Positions 19,340 to 34,214 of a DNA stretch of 64,000 bases are shown one piece after another (position 1 is the stretch's first letter; every line of letters starts with the position of its first letter). The stretch lies in assembly GCF_009914755.1 (NCBI RefSeq), contig NC_060926.1, one strand, 5' to 3'. The notes under the pieces are model-generated. The model searched no databases. It saw only the letters and a list, made by a program, of their open reading frames with translations, and was not told the DNA's origin. The position numbers and the translations under genes were made by a program. This DNA is from the human T2T-CHM13v2.0 reference genome, Homo sapiens.

Positions 19340-20200
19340 AAACAGACTAAGTATTTCTGCTGGGTTGCCTGTTGCTTTAAAACACTTCTTAAACGGATAT
19401 ATCTGGACATCACCAGATCTCCTAGTTCTTGTGAACAAGTGTTTTCTGATTCCAGCTCTGACAAGCCTCCTGTGCCATTCATGCAGTTATATCAAGTGAA
19501 AATCATAAATAACAAAGTAATGACAGAGAACTGTATTGCAAGACCAACATAATGTCCATTAAATCAGAACATTAATTTCAGTAATGCAGAGGCTGTTAAA
19601 AAACCATAAAGGGGTTTGCACATTTTTTTGAGGAATCACATTCCAAATATTTCCAAAAGGTAGCTATCCTGTTTATTTATGTATTTGTCTGTTGGGAGTC
19701 ACATGGGTCCTTAAAATTAGAGTGCCGAGAAATAAATTTTTAGGTCTGCTTTCTGTTTATTTTGTTAAGAACGGTCTAACTGAATGTGCCCTGTCTTCTG
19801 TGCATATGTGTACTGGTGAAACTGCAATGTTCTTTCTCGGCTACAGGTTATCAGCAGCTTGCAGAGTGACAGCACTAAGATAGAAGAATAGCTCCTCTCC
19901 AATGAACTGATTTAAAATGAAAGGAAAAACCAAGCCCATGTTTTTTGGCCCATCTCCCAGATTATAGAAACTGATTATCTCATCAGTGATTAAAACACCA
20001 GCTGTTAATGTCTTAGAGCCGGTTGACCAGTTTAATTATCTTGGAATCTGGCTAGATTCCTCTTCTTTTAGCCAACATGGGAATTTTATTCTCTTCAAAC
20101 TCACCCTGAAGCAAAAAAAAATTCAAATGGTTTTGAAAACGGAGTGTTGTTGTCTGCCTTGGGTTTCCAGACTTGGCGTGCAGTTGTTTTAACAATAGTA
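19340..20200 (+). mobile_element. Ancient CR1/L2-clade LINE reverse-transcriptase fossil
   Basis: Degenerate RT motifs in order: INFSNAEAVKNH (~DFSKAFDTVNH), RVPRNKFLGLL (~GVPQGSVLGPLL), VHMCTGETAMF (~HLYADDT), LQSD..KIEE*LLSNELI*N..KTKPMFF, LEPVDQFNYLGIWLDSS.FSQH. Confidence 0.7.
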
Positions 20201-22201
20201 ATAAGCGTTATGAGACTGGCTTTGTGGTTAGCACTGCAGTGGCATCATAAGTTTACTCACACTGTACTCAGATATGCCAAGAAAATATAGTGTCTATTCT
20301 CTAAAACTGCTCTTATGTCTTTCACTAGCTTCCACACACTAAGTAGTAGAAAGTAAAGACGTACTAAAGATAGTCCAAACATAACCTGAAGCCAGTAATT
20401 TAGTCTCTCTAGATTTAACTGTTTCTTTAAAAAGATAACTTGGTTTTCTCATTTTTCCCTTTTTTATTTTGATCCTTCATAAGATGGTGTTTGGTGATGG
20501 GGCACGGCTTAGGTGATCTAGTACATTGGTTAGGAGCGGTCCTCTAAGCCCCTTGCTGGTCCCTGAGTCTGTGCTGGCAGGAGTCTAGAAAGGATTCATC
20601 CAAGCCCATCCCTGGGCATTCTACAGCGATGTGCTGCTGGATCTAGAGGCTGATGTAATCCACGGTTTAACCTCTCACATCTAAATCAAGGCCCCGCACT
20701 GATCCTGGCCAGCTCTGTCTCACACTCATGTTGAGCTTCTGCCATGCTCCTCAAGGCAGCCCAAGACCTCACAGCTCAGCATTCCTGCCATATTGGCACT
20801 GAAAGAGCCATGGGCTACACACTGGGCTCTGTGCTTAGCCATCCCACCCCACCCCTAGTGACTTGGTTGAACAGCTCCCTGTTAGTAAGCATCTACCCCA
20901 CACCACAGTCTTTTCTCAAGGCCCATGAGGGAGAGGGACAAGAACTCCTCTGCTCTCAGTGTTACTTTAAACTTTTGTAACACATCTCCAGCTGCAGCCC
21001 AAAGAAGCAAGATTAAGCCTCATGAGTCAGACATTCTACCACCCTATTGCTGTATTGCTGTATTTTTCCTTTCTTTTCCTTTTGTCCCCCCTTGTCCCTT
21101 GGATGGCAGGGGCAGACATTTCTTTTATTGCCCTATGTCATTTCCTCTTCATGATGTAGCTGCAAAAAAGCATCTTCTCTACATTTTGGGAAAAAAAATG
21201 CTGTGATCTGTCATTTTCGTGATTAGAGGTTCTTGTTCATACATTAAAGAAATTTAAGAAATTCATTTTTTCTCCCTCTCTCCCTTTTTTTTACCTGCTT
21301 CTTCTCTGGGAGTTAGACAACTCGGGGAATGTCTTTTACAAGGTAACTTACAGTACAGCTGTTTATATTTACAAACATTATATCTGTTACTTTAATTTCA
21401 ACATTCATCTTTACAGATCAGTATCTCAGACTAATATGCATTTCTCCAGATAGTGTGAACATTATTGGGAATATTTGAATGTCTTAAAACTTGATGTCAG
21501 CATTCTTTAAAAATTGCATTTGATATTGATCATACATATATACTCGATTTGTCAGATCTTAATCACTTTACATGTCCAGGGCAGTAATTCTTAAATTTTT
21601 TAATTTTACAGTGTTTTTAATAATCTGACAGAAATTTTGGATTCTCTGCCCCATGAATATTTTCTGACTAATGAAATTCTGCTTAAATTTTGGAAAAAAA
21701 CCCAGGCTGCAAGCTCCACATCTAGAGTCAGCTCCTGCTGTAACAGAATAACTTAAGCCAAACTAACCATGCCTCTAAAAACAACTGTAATAGCAAAATT
21801 ATGTCTAGACATATATACCAAATACCCAGCTGTCCAAAGGCATTGGAGAGTAATTCAAGATAGCTAGAGACTGGAGATTGGGGGTGGGGGTGGGGTGGCA
21901 GGCTGGGGGAGCAGGGAACTAAGATCCCATAGAGAAGAGAAATGTAGTCAAGTGGACCTGGCTTTTTTTCCCACTTTTCATCACAAGATACTTGCTATTT
22001 CTTAAATGGCAGGGAGCTGAGAGGCTGAGTAGAATATAGCAGTTCTGGAGTTTTCAGCAATTCTTAAAGTTAGGGAGATGAAAATTATAATTAAGAGTAA
22101 CAATGAAACCAGTGTTAAGGGGCCAAGATTTCCAGGTAAAAGGAAACACAGAGATGTGAGCCCTTTATCCCCTTGAAGCATTTGCTAGTAACTAATTTTT
22201 C

Positions 22202-23061
22202 TATGGGGAAAAAACTCAGTTTTTCCCACTATGCTCTGAGATATGGAAGAAAACCCTACGTTTTTCCTATTCTCTACTCTCAATTCAGCACAGTCATACA
22301 CTTCTGACATCAGATGAATGGGGACTTCTCCCTACCAAGCAAGCAATTAGTTTCACAGCAGATACCAGCTGGGTGTTCTCTAGTTCGGTTCTGACACTAT
22401 CTGGAGATAGCATCAGTTCCCACAGGTTGGGAGCTCAGTCCCCAAGACTGCCCACCACTTCTGATGCTAATCGCAAGCCCTAAGTTGTTTTACCTGTGAT
22501 ACTTTTGACTGACTGGCTATAAATCGGGGTTCCTACAACCCCCTCCTTGGTTTGACTAATTTGCTAGAGTGACTCACAGAACTCAGGAAAACACTTTTCT
22601 ACCCGGTTGACTAAAGGATACAGAGGAAGGGATGCATAGGGCAAGGCATATGGAAAGGGGCACGGAGCTTACTTGCCCTCTCCAGTCACACTACCCTCCG
22701 GGAATCTCCATATGTTCAGCTATTCAGAAGCTCCAGGAACCCTGTCCTTTTGGGTTTTTATGGAAGCTTCATTACATGAAGACCATTGATTAAATCATTC
22801 ACTGTTGGTGATCAGCTTAACCTTTTGCCCCCCGTCTCATCCCCAGGGGAGGGTGCTACTGGAGCTGAATGTCCCAATCCTCTACTCCTGCCTTGATTTT
22901 TCCTGTAAACAGCTCTCATCCTGAAGCTACCCAGGGGCCTCCAGCCACCAGTCATCTTATTAACAGGCAAAGACACTCTTTTCGCTCTTAAAATTCAAAG
23001 GATTTTAGGAACTGTATGCCAGGAAACAGGAGAAAGACCGAATGAATTTTACAATTATCAC
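22202..23061 (-). mobile_element. MER21-family LTR (solo)
   Basis: gactggctataaatcggggttcctacaaccccctccttgg...aatttgctagagtgactcacagaactcagg; the right end reverse-complements to tgtgataattgt...tttcctggcatacagttcctaaaatcc (MER21 5' end). Confidence 0.85.
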
Positions 23062-23199
23062 AGTAAGCTAAAAGGCTAATCAGAGCTCTTGGTAGTGTCA
23101 TGGTTCTAAGCAAACCGAAATTGGGAGTTCAGTACCTATATTCAGGATGGACAGAAAATTCATGTCCAAAATTTATATGTTGGTCCCAGAAATCTGTTA

Positions 23200-24020
23200 A
23201 ACAAAAACATTAGAAAAGCCCCTTAATAATTGGGCAATCAGTTTAACCAAGCACTTTACAAGAGGCTATCCAAATGGACAATAAACATACAAGAAGATGC
23301 TCACAGTCATTACCTCATTGGTCATTGGGGAATTACAAATTAAATCCAAATTAGATATAACTACACACCCACTAGAATTGCTAAAATTTAAGAAAATGAC
23401 AAATCTAAGGATTTAGAGCAAATTGAGAACTAGTGGGAACGTATATTTGAACATTCGCTTTGGAAAACTTTTTTGCCAAGTCTACCAAAATTTAACATCT
23501 ATTTTTTACGATCTAATAATTCTACTTCTAAATTTATACCCAATATAAATGAATATATGTGCTCCAAAAGGCAGATGTAAGAACTCATTAACACATTCCT
23601 ATTAAAACATTGGGAACAACTCAAATATCCATCAATAATAGAGTAGATAATTTTCGGAATAATACCTAGAAAATTTAGGAATAAATACTATGGAAGAATA
23701 TACAAAAATAAAAATAACATAGATGCTTGTCTTAAACATACTATTATGCAAGTTAAGCAGGCACAAAAGAACGTATATGTATCCATTTTTATGGAACTCA
23801 AACAAAACTGATCTATGATGAGAGGTCAAAATAGGCATTTGCCCTTTGGAGGGCTTAATACCTAGGGCAGCACAAGTCAAGTGTCTAGGTAAAGCGCCAT
23901 TTTTTGGAGTGGCTGGTAGGTGTATTCACTTAGTAAACACTAATGAAGCTGTGCACTTTGATTTATGCATTTTCTTATATTTTCATAATACTTTGATTTT
24001 GTAAAAGTTTACTTAAAAGT
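23200..24020 (+). mobile_element. L1ME-like 3' fragment
   Basis: aaatggacaataaacatacaagaagatgctca...tacacacccactagaattgctaaaatt...; degenerate ORF2 C-terminus and 3'UTR. Confidence 0.75.
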
Positions 24021-24142
24021 TAGATTCAATTTATAAGAGACTCTTTGTTTTGAAAAAAATTCTTCAATCCTTCCTTAAATCCAGGAAGCAGCAATGTGCA
24101 AAGTCCAGGAGGCCTCCTTGGGGGCATTTTGCCCAATAATGA

Positions 24143-24452
<310 letters not shown>

Positions 24453-25169
24453 AAAAGTCATATTTTCACAGATACCTTTCAACTGCACATTTAAAGTTCA
24501 TTTTAACAGAGAGCTGAGTGTTTGAAGTTATATGCTAATCATATGTCACATAGAATTAAAGTGTCGGAATATTGATAACCAGTTTTAAGATAAGTTAAGG
24601 AACATAGTGTTTCATTATACTATTTTTCTACTCATATTTGTTTGAAAACTTAATATGTAATTTTTTTGAGAAGGAAAACACAAGGGCGTGCCTATTCAAA
24701 AGAAACTAAAACTCAAGAGAGTAACAAAAAACAAGTTATATCCCAAATGGATTCATATAGGAGAGGAGAAAGAAGAGTCAGGAAATGAAATCATATACTT
24801 ACTAACATTGGATGATAAAACTTGATTTGCTTCACCTATAAATTTCAGTTAAACATCTTGTACTCCTACCTTCATCCCATCAAATTGAATTCTATTCCTA
24901 TTTCTAGAGCTTATTTTAACCCCTCCTCTCTAAGAAGTCTTAATTACTACTCTTGTGTCTAATCTCAACTAACTGCTCAATTATTATTTGTTATCACTTA
25001 ATTGATCCTAACTATATACTGTGCTGGACCAGTTATATTTTTATGCGTGTTATTTTTCTTTAAAATATTTTACTACTTGCCTAGGTACCTTGTCATGTCC
25101 AGGAAGTATTATTCAACATATTTTTACGTAAAATGTATCAAACCCATATTATCATTTTATTGATTATTT

Positions 25170-25360
25170 AGCCAATACTTATTTGTCAGCACCTTTGTAA
25201 ACACGGCTTCTTCTTAGCTGCTACAAATTAAATATACTCATTAACTTATTTAGTCCTTGTAAAACTCATACAAACTTATTATTATACTCATTTTATAAGT
25301 TAGGTAATAAGGCACAGAGAATAGGTTAGAGGAACTCACAGCGAGTGTGCTAGCTCCAGA
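25170..25360 (-). mobile_element. MIR SINE
   Basis: tattattatactcattttataagttaggtaataaggcacagaga...ggttagaggaact. Confidence 0.6.
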
Positions 25361-26199
25361 CCTAAATTTTTGCATCTACCAAATGCTGTCTCTTGTTTAT
25401 TGAAGCTAGCTTAGCATAGTAGGAAAAGGACACTCCCAAGGTACTCCAAGAATCTAAAGCATTTTCTTCAGCGTTGACTTTTTAACCATAGCAAAATTTT
25501 CTTTACTTCACAAGATATGGCACATAAAGTCTATTCTCCTTGAATACTGAGTTTGTATTTTCTTCACAAGACCATTTGAATTACATCACCAAAATTTGGG
25601 CCTGAATTCTTGCAACTGGTGTTGAACTGCTTACCACTAATTATTCTGTTTGCAAATTCTTCAGTCTAGTAATTCAATGTATTTATTTTATCTCTAAAAA
25701 ATATTATACAACCTTTTGGATATAATTGGAGAGACAGTCTTAACTAATTATTTTACTGTCCTTTAGAAACAGAATTCAGGTTCCGTAGCTTGTGGAGACA
25801 GAGAAATTGCTGCCATGTTATATCACACAGGCTCATTTGATGGAAACTGAGTGTACTGTTAAATATTTGAGAACTAGAAATTGACTGGCACTGATGAAAA
25901 TTTGCTTACTGATCCTGATGAAATCATTGCACCTCTTTAAACAGGTGTTGCTCTTCTTGGCTGCCATGTATGAAATGTGTTCAGGAAATCCACCATGCCT
26001 CTGAAAATAGCCAGCTCAGGACTATGCCTTTTATTTCCAACTAGGGCTTCTAGTCGAAACATATGGAAATGCAAATACGTATTTAAATCACCTGTGAGCT
26101 AAAAAAACTATGATTACCACTGATAACATTGTGGTATATATTTCTTGTCTTCTTTTCATCAACAAATTAAGCTGTTTTGCTAATTAAAGCAAAAGGAAA

Positions 26200-27500
26200 A
26201 ATAAGGTACTAGTATAGATTCCACATTTGCATAATTGCCAAATTATTATGTATATAAAATGCTGAAAGACTTGCTGAAGCTAATACAACTTTAGACATTT
26301 TATACATATTATTAAATCCCTTTCTTGAAATTTTGAACTAATTTACACTCCCCACAATAGCATATAAGGGTGACAGTTTTCCACACTCATACGAACAATG
26401 GTTATTATTTTTCTATATTTATCAGATTCAGTAGCATCTCAATATTTTACTTTGCCTTTATTTGATTACTGAGATAGATGAGTGTTTTTCATGTGTTTAT
26501 TGGCATTTGAATTTCTTTTGGGAAGAATTATTTCTTTATACTATTTGCTTATATGTTTTTTCTAATATGCTATTTATATTTTTATAATTTATAAGGTCTC
26601 TGTCTATATACGTATATCCAAAAAGAAAATGGTTATATATATATATAATTCTTTTTTATATAACCATTCTTTTTCCTTCCTTCCTTCCTTCCTTCCTTCT
26701 TTCCTTCCTTCCTTCCTTCTTTCCTTCCTTCCTTCCTTCCTTTCTTCCTTCTTTCCTTCCGTCCCTCCTTCCCTCTCTCCCTCCCTCCCTTCCTTCTTCC
26801 CTCCTTGTTTTTTAGAGGTGGGTTCTCACTCTGTTGCCCAGGCTGGAGTGCAGTGGCACAATCACAGTTCACTGCAGCCTCAACTCCTAGGCCCAAGAGA
26901 TCCTCCCAACTTAGCTTCCCAAATAGCTGGGACCACAGGCATGAGCCACCATGTCCAGCTATCTTTTAAAATTATTTTTTGTAGAGATAGGGTCTCCTTA
27001 TATTGCCCAGGTTGGTCTCAAACTCCTGGGCTCAAACAATCCTCCCATTGCAGCCTCCCAAAGTGCTGGGCTATTAGGCATGAGCTACCACACCCAGCCT
27101 ATAACCATTTTCTAAATATGTTAGATATGTTTCTTTACTATATTTTTCTTTTTATGTTTTTGACATGTAGAAGTTGAATTTTTAAGTGGTTGTACATATT
27201 AGTCTTTTTCTTTTTAATGGTTTCTGCCTTCAATATTATTTTTAGGACAGCCCTACTCCAAGTATTAATAAATGTGAACATTATTTATAATTATTCTTAC
27301 TTTCAAATTTGAACCTGGCTAAAATGTACATTCTTACAAGGTGTAAGGTAAAGATTGAAAAATTTTTGTTGTTTGAAACAACTCTGTTTATTCTAATAAC
27401 ATTTGTTAAATAATCTACACTTTGCCCACAAATTTAATATTCCAGTTTTATCACATGCTTCTGATATAATTGATTCTCTTTCTGAACTTTTATTTATTTT
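26200..27500 (-). mobile_element. Old L1M fragment, split by AluJ
   Basis: ctaatttacactccccacaatagcatataagggtgacagttttccacact...ttcatgtgtttattggcattt. Confidence 0.6.
26672..27099 (-). mobile_element. AluJ with a (CCTT)n-expanded tail
   Basis: Alu body ~26810-27099; (TTCC)n/(CCCT)n tract 26672-26805; TSD-like tataaccatt at ~26658 and 27100. Confidence 0.93.
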
Positions 27501-27918
27501 CATTAATCTGTCTTTTATGCTGACACTAGTACTACTTTTAGGGATTTTTATTAGGCTACATTAAAATTATATATTATTTTGAAAAAATCACCGTTACCTA
27601 CTTTATATTTTTATTATAGATATAATAAAACATTGGCAGTTTTCTAATAGCACAAAATAGAGACTTTTTATTATTCTTATTTCATTAGTATTGACAGTTA
27701 TAATGCTTTGAATAATAAGAAGCTCAGCAACAAAACTTGGGTTCATCTCCAGTGACTCTAGAGGGCTTTCAGGTACACATTTTATATAGTATTCCTATCC
27801 TTAACTTTATCATTTTCTCCCCATCTCCATTGCCTAATTTGATTATCTTTGAAAATCTTTTGTATTGTGTTGACAGCTGCTAACCACCTTACATCCTGTT
27901 TAGAAATAACATTTAGTG

Positions 27919-28402
<484 letters not shown>

Positions 28403-28794
28403 AGAAATAACATGAAGAAATATGTAAAAGCTTTCAAGAGAGTCTCAAAGGAATTCATGACCATAAAGATTATGAGCAACTGTCCTAGGCTATTTAAGAT
28501 GACTTAGTGGCCAAAACTGAATGCAGTTTTACACATTTTCTAACACTAAGCTACTTTAAAAATCCATGTTTCCCAAATGACTCTTGATATTTTTTTGAAG
28601 AAATATATGAAAAATTAAAATGTTAATGTGTAAGAAGGCTGATGCCAAAATAAAGCACCACTCACCAAGTCCAAAACAAAATTCTTATGTTTCAGGATAA
28701 CTGCAATAAAAATGTCCAATTGAAAAAGGAGAGGGTATAAAGTAACAGAGAATGGTATCTGCTCTATACTACATTCCATAACCTGCTGGCCAGG

Positions 28795-30110
28795 CATTTA
28801 TTCATTCATTTTTTATGCATTCTTAAAACACATTGAGCTCCTTATGTGACAGACACCACAATAGGCACTGGAATTATAACATGAACAAAACAGGCCAAAA
28901 TCCTTGCCTTCTTGGAGCCTACATTTTTATGGGAAGATACAAGCAATAAAAAAGATAAATAAGTGAAATAAATAAATCTGATGTTGCTAAGTACAGTGGA
29001 GAATTAGGAAGTTGATAGGATCTGTGTGTGTAAGAACGTAAAAATTTGAGAGAGGATTATTGGGAAAGTCTTACTGTAAAGATGATACTTGAGTAAATAA
29101 AGACTTCCCATTCAAAAGTCATGATCTGGGGGCATGCCAAGCAGGGAGGTAGTATGGCTCAATTAAAGTGAGGCAGAGAAGAACAGTAGGCGATGAGGTT
29201 ACACGGATAGTGAGGTGGGCCTTGTAGACCACTGTAAATCCTTTAACTCTTACAGACACATCAGAGGATGTAGGACAGAGGAGAGATTTGATCTGATCCA
29301 TGTTTTACTTTAATTAATTAATTTATTTATTTATTTATTTTGAGACAGAGTCTCACTCTGTCTTCTAGGGTGAAGTGCGGTGGTGCAGTCACACTCACTG
29401 TAACATCAGACTCCTGGGCTCGAGCAATCCTCCCACCTCAGCCTTCGGAGTAGCTGGAACTACAGGTGCATGCAACCAAAATACACTGCTAATTTTTTTT
29501 ATTTTTTGTAGAGATGAGGTCACACTATGTTGCCCTGGCTGGTCTTAAACTCCTGGCTCAAGAGATCCTTTCTCCTTGGCCTCCTAAAGTGGTGGGATTA
29601 CAGGCATGAGCCACTGCACCTGGCCTGACCTGTTTTTGTTGTTGTTGTTGTTGTTATTATAGCAGTTGTGTTGAGAGTAAATAGAGAGGGACAAGGTCAG
29701 AGGCATATCCACCAGTAGGGAAGCTATTTCCATGACCCAAAGGTGAGATGATTGTGCTTGGTATAGAGTGATAGCAGGGGAAAAATCAGGTAGTGATAGG
29801 TGATCAGATTCTGAATATAATATTGAAGGTAGATCCAATAGGATTTGACAGTGGGTAAGGTGTAGGGTTTGAGAGAAAGAGAAGTACTGATGATAGTGAT
29901 AAGATTCTGGCCTGAGCTAGAAATGTTACCATTATCTGAGATGGGGAAATCTATGGGAGGTGCAAGTTTGGAGGCAAAAGATTTGGAACACCAAGTGGAG
30001 ATGTCAACTATGTACTTAAATATGTGTATCTGGAATTCAAAGTGGAGATCTAAGATAGCAATATCAATTTGGGAGCTTTCAGTGTATAGATATTCTTAAA
30101 ACTATGAGGC
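28795..30110 (-). mobile_element. L2 LINE 3' region, split by AluJ
   Basis: tttattcattcatt...ttgagctccttatgtgacagacac...ccttgccttcttggagc; later gattctgaatata..ttgaaggtagatccaataggattt. Confidence 0.8.
29311..29625 (-). mobile_element. AluJ with (TTTA)n tail
   Basis: tgagacagagtctcactctg...ctcctgggctcgagcaatcc...gagccactgcacctggcc. Confidence 0.93.
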
Positions 30111-30779
30111 TAATGCAGTCACTGCGGACTCTCTGCCCCAATCATGAAGTTTCCATGGTCAGTCAACCTTGCTGCCCCTAATCTAAGAGGATCTCTCTCA
30201 CCCTTTGCCCTCCATGAAACGGGCATTATGGAAGATGCTCCTAGGCATAGGAGGGAGGTGCTGCATGTCTTTATCAGCCCACTTTCTATGGCTGCAGGTT
30301 TGTGGACATAGAAATTTCATTGAGTATGAAATAGCAGACCCATCTTGTTTGAGAGAGAGTGATTTTCTGCAATTACAGCTCTTTCAATTGTTTAATGCTC
30401 TTTCTATCTCTTTCCATTCACTGAATTCTATGAGCTAGTTATCAAAGCCAGAAATGTTGCAGAGTCATGGCTTTGGAGGGTAGAACCCTTTCTGTGAATG
30501 TCTGTGTCACAGAAAAAGGCTCTTTGTTCTTCAGTCCTCCAGTCATCAGTTTAATGGTTTCTATCTTGGCCATTGCTTCCACCCTGGTTTCTGGCTCTAG
30601 ACAAGTTAAAACACTAGGCTTGAGGGGAGGAGCATGGTTAATCTTATCCTGGAAAAAGACATTTGCAAGATATATTACAGGAAAAGGGCCAATTTCCTTA
30701 ACTTATGTATAGAGTACTGCAAAGGATCAGAACAGAGACTACACAGCAAAAGAAACAAAAAAGAAAAGAAAAAAGATGG

Positions 30780-31480
30780 TCAGTGTCATGCGTAATAAAT
30801 GCAATGGGAAGTCATGTCACCTATCAAACTAACAGAAGTTGTGGGGAGGGAGATCAAGGTATAGGAAGACTGTGAACAAGATACAGATGGTGTATAACTA
30901 GCATAACCTCTTTGGAGGGAAAGTGAAAAATGAAAATATTCATACCATACACTCTAGCATTTCCTCTTGTAGGTTATCTAAACACTTAAGTACAAAGATA
31001 GCTGTGCAAGAATATTATTTTTAGCATTCATCATAATAGAAAAAATAGCAAACAACTGAAATACATATAAATAAGGAAAGGCTAGGTAAAATATACTGTA
31101 CTCATGTGATATATTATACAACAGTTAAAAGAAATGAACTATTTCCATATATATCAATATAGATCCCAAGATATTATTGACTGAAAAATGCAAGCTGCAG
31201 TAATACATGTATAAAATACTATTATATATTAAATGCATGTTTTCCTAACCGCACACAATAATTCCATCTGTTTTGTTCAGTGCAAAGTTTGTGTGTTAGA
31301 AATAATGTTTAAAAGTCTAAAATTATATCCACAAAACTCATAACAGTGGTTACAGGGAATGGGCAAGGAAACTAGAATTTGGATAGCAGTCAAATGATTT
31401 CAGTTTTATAGATATACTTCAATTTTTTAAAGAAAGAATAATGAGTTATGTGTGCTTATGAAATTTAAAATTATAATAAA
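30780..31480 (+). mobile_element. L1ME-like 3' fragment
   Basis: aacaactgaaatac...aataaggaaaggctaggtaaaatatactg...aacagttaaaagaaatgaact. Confidence 0.65.
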
Positions 31481-32483
31481 TAAAATTACTGAGATAATAT
31501 GGTAGAAAAGAAGAACTGAACACAGCCATTTGAAATGAAAATCCAACAGCATGAACTGAGGTGGGTGAGGAACAAGGGCAGCCAAGGTCCCAGCCTGGGT
31601 GATGGGCGGTGCAGTTCCACAACACGGAGCTCAGTGGGAGGAGCCAGTTTGGCAAGGATGCTTTCAGGAATGATGGATTTAAAGTAATAGAGAAAAACTG
31701 AAGTAGAGTGAAGGTGAGAGAGGGAAATATTGGACATATAAATTGAGGACTTACCAGGAGGAGATAGGCCAAAACTATGAGAATGGATAAACCACCCAAA
31801 AGTGAATTAAAAGCAAGCAAACAAAAACACAGAAGCCTAGATATTTACAAATTCTGTACTTACTTTGCTTTGGCCTTTTCTATACATTTATAAGGTGAAA
31901 ATGAACTCTTTTTATGTACCTGGCTTACAAAAAATAGCCACTTAATTACAGGTGTTCAACATGACAAGAGGATTGGAAGAATAGGGTGCAATATATTAAT
32001 AGTGGTTATCTCGAGTGGAGGTAGTTTTGCTGTGGGAGGCTACGTAGTGTAGATGTCAAAGTCACAGACTTAGCTCCATCCTTTGGGGGTGGCATTAGAC
32101 AAATCAAGGCACTGCATGTCCTTCTCACATAGTGCTCAGTAAACCATAGGTCGTTTGCTTTCACTGAATATATTGTATACTTCTATAAATTTCTTTTAAT
32201 GTCAGGATGGCACCATTATTAAAAATAAAGAAATAGTATTCCAGATCAATTGACTGACTAAAATACTGTATCACCATAGAGGATTACTAAATACACCATA
32301 CAGTAAAATAATGCATATGGTCCCCATTATGTGGCATGACTAAACTGGGGTTTGAAAACCACTTGCCCTGTCAACAACATTTTTTCCAGAGTGTTTTTTT
32401 AAACTTTCTGGAATCAAGTGGCCACTTAATCACTTTTGGCATTACAGCCTTGAATTACAAATGTGTATAAAAACTTGGATAGG

Positions 32484-32778
32484 GGCCTGGCACGGTGGCT
32501 CACACCTGTAATCCCAGCACTTTGGGAGGACGAGGCGGGCAGATCACCTGAGGTCATGAGTTCAAGACCAGCCTGGCCAACGTGGTGAAACCCCGTCTCT
32601 ATTAAAAAATTAGCTGAGTGCGGTGGCAGGTGCCTGTAATCCGAGCTACTTGGGATGCTGAGGCAGGAGCATTGCTTGCACATGGGAGATGGAGGTTGCA
32701 ATCAGCCAAGATTGCGTGACTGCACTCTAGCCCAGGTGAAAGGGTGAGACTCTGTCTCAAAAAAAAAAGAAAAGAAAC
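32484..32778 (+). mobile_element. Alu (AluSx-like)
   Basis: Full dimer; TSD aaaaacttggata at 32469-32481 and 32779-32791. Confidence 0.96.
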
Positions 32779-34214
32779 AAAAACTTGGATAATGGACAAA
32801 CGTGTGGGCAGCTGCTTGTTCTGAACTTCATTTAACAATCAACTTAAACCCATCCCTATATATTACTTTGGCACTTGATCTGTCCATCAAGGAGCCAAGT
32901 ATTTGCTTCTAACTGGGTACACTTCTAGGGTGAACATTTGACAGGAAAGCAAATGTGGAGCTGGAAGTTGAGCCTACAGGAGAGGATGCAGCAGGCTGGT
33001 GTGACACTTTGCAGGGACATTAGGATGGGTGCTGTGTTGTGGGGACCAGCAGAGCAGTCATGAAGGAAATGACAAGGAAAGAAGGTCAACACTAGGGGGC
33101 TAACACTGATTATAAAGTTCTCTGGGGGTAATAGAGCAAAAATAGACAAAAATAAGTCGTTTTGACTGTCTGCTCTGCATCGCCCACCCATATCATGTGC
33201 TGTCTCATTAATCCATTTTGGTGTCATAATTCTTCTTGGAATTAAACACAATTAGAGCAACATGGTCCCGTTAAATCATAGGTGACTAAAAGCCTTCAGA
33301 CTGTTGGATAAAATTTTGAAATATTGTGCCTTCCTCCACATGTGTGTATGTATATGTTCGGGGGACTTACAAAATAATCTACTCTTCATTCTGTTTTACA
33401 TTTTTTAAATAAAATGGAGAATCACTGAATCCCAAACTCAGAGTACCATGGCAACCCCTAACAATGCCCAATGTCTTTCACAGATGACTTCATCATGGGG
33501 ACAAGGGGTGAGGTTAAATTATTCACTTTAGAAATATAATGTTTAATATTAATTCCACCAAAATGAAATGAGAACACAGTCAATACTTGTGTGAATTAAA
33601 ATATGGGCTTTTATACTTTGATAAAATGAAAATGAAAGTTGTTTCTCTGTTTTAAAATATCAAAGACTCATGTGAGAGAGATTAAGAGGGCTGGTTTGTC
33701 TCTTTCTGTGTTAGCATCTGCATGTAATGGTTATTCTCATTTATTCCAGAGGGATTTAAGCTTTTCAGTTCTTATCACTTTATCTTCTTACCACCTAATA
33801 CTGCTATTTTGTAAGAGAAAGGCAAAGCTCCTAGGAGCCTTCCTAGAAGAGAGAATTGTGCAGGGTTCCCTGGTCTCCCTCTTCAGCAGGTAGTGGTTAA
33901 TTAGTTTGTGCACTTACAGATTGGTCTCCCGAGGAGAGAAATTAAATTTCTTCCTTTTAGCCTAGAAGAGCATAGATATTTTGAGAATGTTTTCATCTTA
34001 TTTAGACTTCAGGGTAATGCTTTGAGCTGCTTTTGAGAGAAATAGAATGAGAACAACCTAAGCTCAGAGAACGATAGGTCATTTGCTGAGTGTGCCAGTC
34101 ATCTAATAACAGGAAGTACCTAAAGTGTGGTGCCTTATTTGACTGTGCCTGCTGACTTAACATTGGACTCTAGATATGGTTACATTTTTACATCCTTGCT
34201 CATTTGAGTGAAAA

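Noticed and set aside
19282-19482. Minus-strand ORF with protein-like composition (MNGTGGLSELESEN...)
   Set aside because: There are no convincing splice sites or recognisable homology, and it overlaps the putative ancient LINE on the other strand.
20440-20520. Polypyrimidine tract, AG and ATG (possible exon)
   Set aside because: The donor is weak, the frame stops after 10 codons, and nothing else supports it.
26629-27177. 182-aa ORF
   Set aside because: It is a translation of the (CCTT)n tract and an antisense AluJ.
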